This document shows positions 1 through 13,535 of a stretch of 64,000 nt of DNA, in pieces. The stretch is taken from positions 77,314,001 through 77,378,000 of the forward strand of contig OX597815.1 of NCBI GenBank assembly GCA_951406725.2. The letters are read 5' to 3'. Each line of letters begins with the position of its first letter. Position 1 is the stretch's first letter. The stretch comes from Octopus vulgaris. Taxonomy: Eukaryota. The position numbers and the translations under genes were made by a program. The notes below the pieces were generated by a model. It worked only from the letters and a program-made list of their open reading frames with translations, had not been told where the DNA came from and ran no database searches.

Positions 1-1670
<1,670 letters not shown>

Positions 1671-3295
1671 TATATAACTCAGTGTGTGTAAATCTGTATA
1701 ACTTCTGAAGTTTGCAACTAATTTTCTTCAAAAGGGGAACATACAAACATTATTTCCACAGATGGTTTTAGACTCTTAAAATTTTTCACATAATGAGTAA
1801 TGGGGCAGCTAGGGCCAGAAAACCCCTTTTCCTGGGGTAAGTACAGCTACTGCAGAGAAGTGAGGTAACTCTGTGAATTAACTCCTTAAAATTTGCTAAG
1901 ACATTAATATTTACCATTTTTTTATTGATATTTCATTATTAACGTACAATTGTCATCTTAGTTTATTACATCATATTTCTTGACATAATATCTCCAAAGA
2001 AGAGATCCTCTATTGGTAAAAAAACAGCAGTAGCAGAGAAATTGAAAAGAAGGAGAGCAAATGAATCATCAAATGAGACTTCAATTAAACAATCACAAAA
2101 TGTTGCAGGTACAGCTACTGCAAGAGCAGCGTAGTATTCACCTGGCCAGAAATGCTGCATTAACAACTTCAGCCACCACCCTGCCATACCATGTCATTTC
2201 TTTCATGTAGGTTTTTCTCATGTGGTGCTGCTGAGTACACCTATTGGCTTAATTTATCACACAGATGTAGCTCCTATGGCTGGTGATTGATCAGCATGGT
2301 AGCAGCAGCACCAACTGCAGCAAAGGAGAGGATATCCAGTGAGAGCTTTTTGGTGCATTAAAAAATTACATCCCATAAATAATGCAGTTTTTTAAATTGC
2401 AAGAACTAAAAGTTGGAGGGGGACAGGATAAACGACCTGCATCAACTTGCTCTAAAAGTAGGTAATAGTTTTACCTTGTCTTTATTCCTAGTACAAGTTT
2501 TGAAGAGTGCAGTTCAATTTTAAGTTATTTTTTCAAAGCTATAATGGAAGTGACAAAGATATATTCAGTATATTTTGCTTTGAGTTCAATAAAGGCAACA
2601 ACACAATGAAAATATTAATGCAGTATATAGGGATCAGACAATCGGCATAAACCAGTGTCAACAGTGGTTCCAGAAATTCTGAACCAAAAACTACATCCTA
2701 GAAGATTAGCCTTGTCCTGGAAGATCTGTAGAGCTCAACGAGGACATCTTGCAAAACTTGGAACAAAATCCCATTGTAAATGTTGAGGAACTAGCAGATA
2801 TACTTGGAATTGGTTATTCAACCATTCATCAACACCTGCATGCCATCAGAAAAGTTAGCAAACTGGGTCAATAGGTTCCTCACAAACTTTCTGAGTAATC
2901 ACATGCTATTCTTTGCTGTTACATCTCATGAATGAACCTTTTCCGGCCGGAATAGCGACTGGTGATGAGAAATGGGTTCTGTATAAAAATGTCAAGTGCC
3001 AAAGATAGTGGGTAGGGAATGGAGAAACACTGGCACCCCAGGTTAAAGAAAGTCAGAACAGTACTGGAGGAATATTTTTTTATCGTGGACAAGTGAATTT
3101 TGAATGAGGGTCTAGCAAGTCTATGAGATAGATAGAAGAGCATTTTAGAAAATGAAGGAGAGTATATATTAGATTAAAAAAGAACTTTATCTTAATTTTG
3201 AAAAATAAAAGTATAAAAAACCCGCATTATTTATGAGATGACCTAATATAAACTATGTCATTTAAATCCCAAGCAACGCTGGGCATGTCTGCTAG
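1671..3295 (+). mobile_element. Non-autonomous Helitron-like element interrupted by a mariner
   Basis: 3' hairpin CCCAAGCAACGCTGGG followed by CTAG|T at 3292-3296; 5' region TATATAAC..GTGTGTGT resembles Helitron 5' ends; 5' boundary approximate. Confidence 0.55.
2369..3248 (+). mobile_element. Internally deleted Mos1-like mariner transposon
   Basis: Terminal inverted repeats CATCCCATAAATAATGCAGTTTTTT (2369) and AAAAAACCCGCATTATTTATGAGATGACCTAATA (~3215-3248); decayed transposase with EFNKG, QWFQKF, (W)VPHKL and TGDEKWVLY remnants. Confidence 0.85.
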
Positions 3296-4159
3296 TGTGT
3301 TTCTGTGTGTGTGTATTTTTTTTCTAGACATCAGGTGATGGTTGTAAATGAGCACTATCGTCATACAAGCAAGGTTGTTTGTTTAGTCTTGTATGGAAAA
3401 CATGTCTTACCTTACTTAGAAACAGATAAAAGTTGGCAACAGGAAAAACTTTCGACTACTGAGAATCAGCGACAAATTCTGTCTGATGCATGCAAGCATG
3501 GAAAAACATGTTAAATGATAATGATAATTATTTTTGCTAAACTGTTCGTCATTTATATTTCTTCTCGTGATCTAAATGAAAATGTACCAAGAGTTAGCTC
3601 CCCTACTTGCCAAAGCGGAGAAAATACAGTTACTACCTTAACGTTGCTATTTTTCGAAAGTATATTTGAGTTTAGCTTAACTTTTCTATGTGCCATACAT
3701 TTAAATATGCTTTAATCCAGTGGTTCCTAGACTGACAAAGTACCAAGTCCTCCCAAAATATCTGTGAAATTCATAGAATTCTTTTTTCATCATGCGCTTG
3801 GACAAGTTTAAAAGTTGGAAACTACCTTAAACATGAAAATTTGCCTATATACACATAAGAGAGAGAGAGAGAAATCGTTTTAATGTCCACTTTTTCTTAC
3901 TGGCTTGGGTCAGACGAGATCTGTTGAGGCATTAAGGGAATATTTCCCCTAGTCATTCAAAGAAGAATAGAACAAATGCCAGACTCATTGCTACAGAAGA
4001 TTGCAAACGGACACCTCTTGTACGACTGGCATCTGTTGAATGAGTGTATGGAAGTTCAGACAAGATATCAACAGACACACACATTCACGCATGTGTGCAT
4101 GCATGCACACATACATACAAGCAACAGTGTTCTTTCCAATTTCCACAGACTAAATATGT

Positions 4160-5190
4160 GTGTGTGAGTGTGTCTTTGTCTCCCCCATCATCGCTTGACA
4201 ACCGGTGTTTGTACGTTTACATCCCCGTGATCTAGCGGTTCGGCGAAAGTGATTGATAGAATAAGTACTAGGCTTTAGCTGGCCAAGGACTATAGTAGAA
4301 GACACTTGCTCATGGTGCTGTGCAGTAGAAGTGCATTTCTTAAACTACACTCTATTGGCTGGCGTGAGTTAGATGGTTTGGGTGGAAATGGTAAATCATA
4401 GAGCTGCATCAGGCTCCAGTCTGTTTTGGCTTAGTTTCTATGGCTGGACGCCCTTCCTAACGCCAACCACTTCATAGTGTCTTTCATGTGTCACCGACAT
4501 TGGTGCAATATCTTATCGTTTGCTTGTTTCAGTCATTTGACTGCTGTCATGCTAGAGCACTGCCTTGAAGGGTTTTAGTCGAAAAAAGAAAACCAATTCC
4601 AGGACATACTTTACATTTTTTTAAACCTAGTACTTATTCTATCAGTGTCATTTGCCGAACTGCTAGGTTACGGGGATGTAAACACACCAACACCGGTTGT
4701 CAAGCACAGACACAGGGATGGGTGTGTGGCATCTTCTACCATAGCCCCAGGCCAACCAAAGCCTTGTGAGTCGATTTGGTAGAAGGAAACTGAAAGAAGC
4801 CCATTGTATGTGTATATTTGTGTGTCTGTGTTTATTTTCCCACCATCACTTGGCAACAGATGTTGGTGTGTTTACGTCCCCCGTAACTTAGCAGTTCAGC
4901 AAGAGACAGATAAAATAAGTACTAGGCTTACAAAGAATAAGCCCTCAGACCACCAATTTGTTCAACTAAAGACGGTACTCCAGCATGGCCGCAGTCAAAT
5001 AACTGATACAAGAAAAAGAATATATATACAGGACGGGTTTCTTTCAGTTTCTGTTTACCAAATCCACTCACAAGGCTCTGGTCAGCCTGAGGCAATAGCA
5101 GAAGCCACTTGTCCAAGGCGCCTTGCAGTAGGACTGAACCCAGAACTATATGGTTGGGAAGAAAGCTTTTTACCACACAGCCACGCCTAT
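4160..5190. mobile_element. Cluster of tRNA-derived SINE and RTE-tail fragments in both orientations
   Basis: Repeated segments (ATAAGTACTAGGCTT, CAAAGCCTTGTGAGT, GGAAACTGAAAGAAGCCC) shared with the SINE at 24428-24817. Confidence 0.75.
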
Positions 5191-5793
5191 ACACACATAC
5201 AAAACGTTTGTGATTTTAAGTAGAGATGGAGACACGGGTCCACATATATAGAGATGCACATCCATACATACAAACATGGTACATAGTTGCAAAACACACA
5301 CACAAGGAGACAGTGGTGCATACATATAAACACATGCTCACACACATAGAAAATACACAAACATGAACATGCAAGCACATGAATATGCAGAATACATAGA
5401 TGCACACACACATACATATATACATATGCATACACACATATATATACACACACATGCATATATACATACATACGTACATGCATGCAGACACAGACCCACA
5501 AACAAACAAAAAGGAACACAGTGTAAATAACGGACAGAGTCAAGACTATTGAAAAGGTTGCAAGATGAAACGAAAATTTTAGGAAATAAGAAATAAGTAG
5601 AAATTTTACTGGTATGTTAAATTATAAGGCACAAAAAGAAAATGGCTCTCCCCAGACACAACAGAAAATTCCAGCTAAGTTTGAGCTAAATAATAACAAT
5701 GTACCTTGCTTCAGAGAAAGAACAACAGTGACAAATGACAAAGTCTGAATTTAATTCTACAGAAATACATAGATATTTAACAAAAGGTATTAC

Positions 5794-6891
5794 CTCTCGA
5801 TCAAATCTTCCAGGGCGTCGAATAGTGGGATCAATAGCTGCTGGCTGATTACTGGCAGCCACCACCACAAGACCACTATCATTTTCTATGCTGTCCATAA
5901 GTAATCCTAGTTGGGCTGTTAGCTTTGTACTTTTTGATGAATAATCTTGTTTAGGGCACAGCGAGTCAATTTCATCAAAGAATAAAATGCAACCATCTGT
6001 CTTACCAATCCGAGTTGCTAATTCAAAAACTGTTTTGAGATTCTGCTCACTTTCACCGGGTTGAGAGGACAATAGCTCAGGACCATTGACAGTCACCAAA
6101 TGGGCATCACATTCAACAGCAACGTATTTGACAAGGGTTGTTTTACCACAACCAGGAGGGCCATGAAGTAGTACTCCACGGGGCAATTCAGCACCTCTGA
6201 AGTTGGGATTTTCCTTCAGTATCATGGGAAGTCTTACAATTTCTTTAAGAGATTCTGCTGGTTCTTCTAAGCCACCAAGAACTATATTTGGTTTATTCAG
6301 CCTTTGTTTATATTTCTCTTCAGTAATAACATCACGGATGCGAACTTTAGTTGCTTTACTCACAATGGCAACATCAGTAGTTTCTGGTTTAATAGAATGA
6401 ACTATTATATAAGACATTCCATACTTGCAACCAACATCTGATTTACTCAAATTAACTTTGACATTAACACCAATGCCTACAAAATGTAAACAGCTGCGAC
6501 AGTATTCCTGAAGACATACAGAATGTCGATGCATGTGTTTTAATTTTTCAAAACTATTAATGTCTTTTGCAATTATACTAATTTCTGTCGATTTGGCATT
6601 TGCTGTAGAGAGTACATCAATATGAGGTATACCATCAAATACTTTGGTTGTCTTAAAACAATCGCGAGTAACTAATTCACTGAACTGCAATACACCATCC
6701 TGGTCCTCAGGTCTCGGCCAGACACTACATATTGCAGAAATTTTAGGTGTTGTTATTCTTACAAATGAACCAAGTTCCACTCCAAGGGAAGCACAAAGCG
6801 TTGAGCCCAAACGACATCTTTGCCCTTCACAGTCACTGGTTTCTACTGGTTCCACATTCAAATCAAAATGTTCACTTCCTGAAGACTCCAT
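5794..6891 (-). CDS. AFG2B: AFG2B/SPATA5L1 AAA+ ATPase, first coding exon (366 codons; N-domain plus D1 AAA domain)
   Basis: QRCRLG..LGVELGS.V.I...C.VWPR...DG N-terminal signature of SPATA5L1; Walker A GPPGCGKT, Walker B FFDEID, second region of homology RRPGRFDRE; ATG at 6891-6889; phase-0 donor GAG|GTAATA at 5794/5793; probable acceptor TTTTTAG at 6936-6935. Downstream exons not found in the window. Confidence 0.9.
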
Positions 6892-9750
6892 CCGGAAGAT
6901 GAAAATTTTAACCAAAGTAAAATAAATAAAATACCTAAAAATAAAAAAGCCTGTATTTATGGAAAACAAAAATAAAATATTAGTCTTAACTCATAATTTA
7001 TATTTCAATAACAACAATTCATTTATGTTACTTATTACAATCATCTTTTTGATAGTTGATATAGCAAATATAACAAGTCCTATTACATATCAAAAGTTGT
7101 TTTTTTTTCTTTGTTTAGGTTTTGTGATGATTATGTTCACTGACAGCACAGTCAAACAGTTTGAATATGAACAACCAGATATACTGTACTAACTACAACT
7201 ACAAGCAGGAAAATAACATTGCTTCCTTACTTTAATGAATTTATAAAATGTATTACATAAACATTATAAAACTGCCATTGGAGCAAATAACGGATTGTTT
7301 ATTCTACAATGTAAATAAATATGAAACGGTAATCAGTTAGATGAGTGGAACATGTTCACTCGACTAAAGTGTGCCAAAAGAGTCGTACAAAGATTGTAAC
7401 GAGGAAAAATGTATTTCTATTTTACAAAGAAAAATAATGTATTTCTATTTTAGACAAATCCTTTTAGTACATGGCTGCCCAATTTCATCTTCTGAACTGA
7501 TACTCGTTTCATTGCTCCATCACTCCCCTCTCGAAGAGATGAAGAGCAAAGATGATCTCGGCGAGATTCAAACTAAATACTGCACATTTCGACTCTGCAA
7601 ACACACTACGCTGTTTTCTGAAATAGACACGAGACAAAAACTCGGAGGGAATAAAACCCTCGATTATATTGACCCATCAGTAATTGACTGGCACTTTATC
7701 GACCCAATAAGGATGAAAAGCCAAACCCACCTCAACGGGATTTGAACTCAGAACTTAAGGGATCATAAATAAACACCATAAAGCATTTTGTTCGTCACTA
7801 TTTTGACAATCTACAAAATATTGAGAGCACTTGGAGCGTAGCGGAAAAAGAGAAAATATGTTATCCTTCCTCGTGTAAACATAATTTGTGGATTTGTTCA
7901 GTTTGAATTACAGATTTTTTAACTTAACAGTTTGAAACTTCGAATACTGGTAGAATTTTTCACGTAGAACACGGTTAACTCTGAACGTTTTCTGAGAAAA
8001 TTTCGTATTTTGGAAGTTATTTTGTGTTAAAGTTATCATAGTTGGGTAGTGCTGGCCAAGTTTTGTTTTTCTTCGCTTTAATACTAACTCTGCGGTAACA
8101 TAAATAGCTACATGTAAAGAAGGTAAAACTAGTCAAAGAAAGAAATTATAACCATCAAAGAGAAATAATAACATTAATGCACCAGAATTTGACGCTGTTT
8201 CTGTAGCACTTTGCCGATTATTTTCATTCGTTAGTTGAATGAATTCATCAAATGACGTTTCAAACTATGACTATAACACTTTCAAAGTACCAAATAATGT
8301 TTTACAGAAAGACACAAAAATTACTGCTATGATCAATAATCACAAGGTGTTTTAAATAACGTTTGAAAACAAAGTAATAAAACAGCAATGAGCCAATAAA
8401 TATTGCCCTCGTGTTCTTGGTTAAACTGTTTAATTTCACTGGAAAATTTTTTTGACGATATTACACTACGACTTAAATATATATATATCCACATAGATTT
8501 TATTTAATTTATAAAGCCCGCACAAATAGACTGTCAATGATGCAAATTATGGGATGGTAACACGAGGATACAAAATAGCATCATTTAAAAAGAACTTGAT
8601 AAAAAAATAACTATTCTAAGGAATTTGTTGTTCCATAATATAAAATTATTTATATTTGCTGTAGTATCTACTTGTTTAAATCTTATTCATTAAGAATATA
8701 ATTTACTAAAGAAAATAATAACACAGTCAGACATACTCCCTCAATTGCACACAAGGAATGCCGGTATTTACCAGTAAGCATTTTTTTAAAACTCAAAACA
8801 CGGGCAGTATTAACTGTATCGTAAAAGATAAATTTCAAAGAGAAAAATGTTTAGAATATGTATAAACGCGGTTTATGTAAATATTAGAAGATATTAAAAA
8901 AAAAAAAGTCATATGAGAACTTTAAAAATTAATTTTGTATAAAAATAACACCGGACATGAATGAAAAAGAAATGCTTTTGGAAAGCAAATAGAAGATAAG
9001 TGAGATGCAGAAAATTCCCTTATAATGATATAGGAGTACATAATTAGAGATAGGGTGATTACTATTTCATATACATTTTATATATAACAAACTTTGACTT
9101 TCACTTTGGCTAAGTACAAAAACTTGTTTCGCCGAAATCTGAGGGCTTTTGTTAAAATTTTTTTTACATAGTTTTTTAAATATTTATAGTAAATTATTAG
9201 GCATTATTTAAGTATATATTTTAAAAAAAACATGACTGTGATGAGTTTTGTATCTTTTATATCGGACGTTCCATGTTTTATTATTATTATGGCGAAGTTT
9301 CGCATGTCGTAGATCAGATTTCCGACAACCGAAACTATGCCATTAGAAACTATGCCATTATTATTACTATTAGTCCGTTTAAATTTTTTTTAATTTCATT
9401 TTTGTGATTAGATATAAATTCCAAATAATATATATGAAATGAAACTTGGAAAGAACTAAGAAAAATACGCGAAAATTCAAAATAAAAACTTTAGCACAAT
9501 TTATTTTTATTTAAATGTTTAAAAAATATACACTAACAATAATTACGAGTTACAAATACCTTATTTTTCTCTATCAAGGTAAACCGCCTTTTGTGAATAA
9601 TGACAGCTTTTATACAAAGTAACATGAAAGTCAAATTTTATTATTTTGCCAACGAAAGCTGAACAGTTATAGATATTAATTATTCATCAGTTCATCAAAA
9701 TAATTAATATAAAATAAAATGTTTGTAAGTTTTGAATCAAAACCGCTTAC

Positions 9751-9790
9751 CTATTCGTCCAATCACACGTGTTAACACCGGAAGTTATTT
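9751..9790 (-). promoter_or_regulatory. Putative AFG2B promoter / non-coding first exon
   Basis: Strong minus-strand donor AG|GTAAGC at 9751/9750, next to CCAAT, CACGTG and ETS motif CCGGAAGT (9778-9785); would splice to the acceptor at 6935. Confidence 0.45.
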
Positions 9791-10310
9791 TAAAAGGACA
9801 AAAAAGCGGTGTTTGAGAAATTATTTCCTTCGTAAATTATTATCCAATTAATATAGGTGTTCTATTCCATGTTAACTTATTTTGCTCCCGGACATTTTGC
9901 ATGTCACACTTAGGAATCTCATCTATTTTTCATCCTGTGTTTCCTTAACTTCATGTTAAAGGCTAAAGCTCACACAAATTAAATACCTGAATTTATTAAT
10001 TCTCATTCGTATCTTCTATGTAAGACAATAAACATTCCCCACCCATTTACCTTACCGAAATGCAGATAACAGGTAATTGTCCAACAGTGAGAAATTTAAT
10101 TAACTAAAAACTGACATAGCTCGGTGGAGTAATGTCATTTGTTCCTCATCCCTTGTTTAAGCTTTTTGTCTCTCCTTCGAGCCTCGTTCACTGCTGTTAT
10201 TCCTGGCGATGTAAATGAATTTCTTCAATGCAAGAATATGCCACAGTACGCGAGACGTCAATTGACCAAAATCATCAGAACATAGTCAATGAACTAAAAG
10301 ATACTAGTCC

Positions 10311-11222
10311 CAGAAGCGTAACAAGGGGAGCAAGACGGCACGTGCCGCGGGCGCCGATTGAAGTGGGGGCGCAAAATTGACCATAATACGATAAGCTTGA
10401 ACTCCATTTGTACAATTTATAAAAGTAAACATTAAAAAAATGGCGGAGGTAAAGAATACGTACACTACCCATACTCTTATCTAACCCTAACCCTAAATAT
10501 CGGGCGTGCGTATTCTTTGCTTTCGCCCCAAAAATATATTTTAAATTACTGGCAGATAAATGAGCCCTGGTAAAGTATTTATTCCTAAAATATTGCTTTA
10601 AAACATTTTAACAAATAAGTACTACATAATATCGCGGATTTTGTAATTGTGTGGGGGCGCTTTTTGCAGCTTGCTCCGGGCTACGAGAGTTCTGGACCCC
10701 AGTTATGAACTTCTTTGCATACAGCCAATCAGAACTCAACTATCAAACTAATTTATAAGCACATAACAAGCGATGGGCGATAAGATATTGGTTAAGGAAC
10801 GACCATGCTTTTTTTTCTTTTTTAATAATGCTTGTTGTTCTTGTTTCAACCATGGCTGCCTTTGTGTAGTTATTTGTGTTGTTGTTTACTTTGTAAAACA
10901 GTAAGGGGAGTGGGTTGCTAGCACATCACCTTCTATCTACATTTTCACAGCCACATCTTTACCATACGGTAAAAATCCGATAATAGATATAGATGCAAAT
11001 ATAATTACTTGTCTCTTCCTAAAATCAGGCATAACTTGGTGATCGGTCGATTTACACCGTTCTTCCTCTTGAATTTACTTGGTAGAATGTATTAGTTAAC
11101 TTAATAACAAGGTCAAGATGAGCTCTGATTGGCTGTATGCAAATGAGGTCATTACTGGGGTCCGAACTCACGTAGGGAAAAATTTTCGCGCCCGGGCACG
11201 GTTTACCGTAGCTACGCCACTA
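10311..11222. mobile_element. Non-autonomous hAT element with perfect 8-bp target-site duplication
   Basis: ACTAGTCC at 10303-10310 and 11223-11230; termini CAGAAGCGTAAC and GCTACGCCACTA are imperfect inverted repeats. Confidence 0.85.
10681..11175. mobile_element. MITE with ~60-bp terminal inverted repeats nested in the hAT element
   Basis: CTACGAGAGTTCTGGACCCCAGTTATGAACTTCTTTGCATACAGCCAATCAGAACTCA is mirrored by TGAGCTCTGATTGGCTGTATGCAAATGAGGTCATTACTGGGGTCCGAACTCACGTAG. Confidence 0.85.
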
Positions 11223-11366
11223 ACTAGTCCGCATCTATCGCTACGCTGCTAGGCAACAACCTAGTCAAGATAAAATACATCCTTCAGTAAAAACCTACTG
11301 CAATAATCACATAGATATGTATATTTTCTTGAAACAAATTTTGATTCTCTGTCTTTCTTTCTCCCT

Positions 11367-11416
<50 letters not shown>

Positions 11417-11769
11417 AGCAACAACTAAAACAACAACCTGTCATTATACTGAAAGTTTTTTTAAAGTCTGTGTTGCCGTTATCTATATGTTGAAAGACAT
11501 AGAGAAACACACAAACAACCCAAAAAGTAACTATATGTATTATATATAAATATATGCAAATAAGTTTTTTTAAAGTCTGTGTTGCGTTGTGTTGACAGAT
11601 TTACACTTAAAATTCCCGCGTTTTTGACAAAGACTTGTTACTTACAATGGTGACAACATAATTTATCTTCCACTCTCTTTCTCACACTGTCTTTCTCTTT
11701 CTCTCTCAACAACAACATTTTCTTCTCCCCTTTTCCCCTTCATCTAAATATTCTTGTGACCAAGGTTAT

Positions 11770-12290
11770 CTCCGCTTTTGATTTCTCTGCTCAGTATATT
11801 GTTAAATATATTCAGATCATCATTCGATTTGTCCCGGACGATGAAGCAATCATCAAGGAAGCGTTTCCACTTTTTAATGATATATTTCTTGCATTCCTGA
11901 TCAAAAGATTTTTCTACTTCCTCATAAAGTATTTCTTCCAAATATCTCATAACTAAGTTTGCATACGAGGGCGCAAACCGCGTACCCATAGCCGTACCCT
12001 TTCACTGTCGATATGTTTTATTGTCGAATCTAAAGGTATTTTCCTCTAGTACTAGGCGTTTGGCCTTGGTGATGAAGTCAGTCTTGAAGCGTTCATTTAT
12101 CCGTTCTCTATGTTTCCCTACCCAGTGTTTGATTGCTTCTAGGCCTAAAGTGTGAGGTATATTAGTATAGAGATTGGTGACATCAAAACTTGTGAGCAAT
12201 TTTTAAAAAAAACCTTCTGCGACAGTGGGTGGGATGTGTTGGATGAAATCTAAGCCATCTCGTACATAACTGGGTATTAAAGAGTACAAA
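11770..12290 (-). mobile_element. Penelope-like element reverse transcriptase fragment (decayed)
   Basis: PSYVRDGLDF, SFDVTNLYTNIPH, GTAMGTRFAPSYANL and WKRFLDDCFI are PLE RT motifs; broken by a stop and frameshifts. Confidence 0.88.
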
Positions 12291-12361
12291 GGTTTTAGAA
12301 GTATATGTATATATGTGTGTGCGCGCGCGTATGCATGTATGTATACGCGCGCGCGCGCACG

Positions 12362-12402
<41 letters not shown>

Positions 12403-13535
12403 GCAACCATAATCATCTTTTAACGCCCGTCTTCAATTCTGGCATCGGTTAGACGAATCCAACAAGCCGAAGGACTGCGTCAAGCTCCAATATCTTTGGC
12501 ATAGTTTCTACGGTTGAATGCCCTTCCCGGTGCCACTCACTTTGGAGTGTATTGGGTAATTATCAAAAGAAAAAAAAAAACGAAGAAGAGATTTTCCAGG
12601 GGAAGGTAGCTTTTTGCTAAGTGTTGAGAGATTAAAGTTTGACTATGCAATTTAAAAAAAAAAAAACCTTTGTCCATGTTTTCTGGTGGTCATTAACTTA
12701 TAGTTCTTCAAGAGGAACATTGACTGCATCAGTGTCAACGGTCTCTGAAAAGGGTAAGCACATCCCCTTCCTTCAAACCAAATATTGAAAAAATTAATTG
12801 AAATGAACTTATGAACATTTTATGACTTATATAGTAAAATAAGTGACACATTAACAAAATCACTAACGTGTCGGGGAGAAAACTCAGCAGTATTTGTTCT
12901 CTGTGCTCTGAGTTAAAATCCCGTCGAAGTCGACTTTTTCTTTTATCATTTCGAGATCGTTAAAAAACAGTGCTGTACTTTTAAGTTAGTAGCAGTATCG
13001 TAGTTGGGTTTTACAGACTGTTCATGTTGACCAGTCTAGTTGACGAACAACAACTGATATTGAACTTATTCTATCTTAACGCTTGGCTGCGTCCGTTCTC
13101 TGTTTCTATTGCCCGTGACTATGTCCATCTGATTATCTGTCCTTCGTCCCTCTCTGTTGTATTAAGTTTAATCAAAACCTCACTGATCAAAAGCTTCGTC
13201 ATTATTTTTGCTGACGTCAGTCAATGAACTTGATGCCACTTCCTCAGTTTGAACCGCGACTCTTTTCTTTCCAATAAGAATGTTTCCGCAAACAAAAACA
13301 AGACCTTACAAACCTGGATGAGATTATTATAATAAAGACTAATGTCGCCCAGCAACTACACATCTAATTCATTTGTTTTCATTGGCTTAAGGGCGGTTCA
13401 CATTCTAGCTACACTATTGCCTATACGGGAGAAAATGTTGGACATTTCATTCTGTTGAAACTGTACTGTGACGTAGATATTCATTGTAACTTAAAAGGTT
13501 TGAGGATTGATTTTGTTAAAATAATTTATAAATAA

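Noticed and set aside
5187-5543. Cys/Val/Met-rich ORFs
   Set aside because: Degenerate (CA)/(TA) low-complexity sequence
5686-6969. 427-aa ORF as a complete single-exon AAA ATPase
   Set aside because: Homology ends at GRFDRE exactly at a GT donor and the D2 domain is absent; both ORF ends run into intron or UTR sequence
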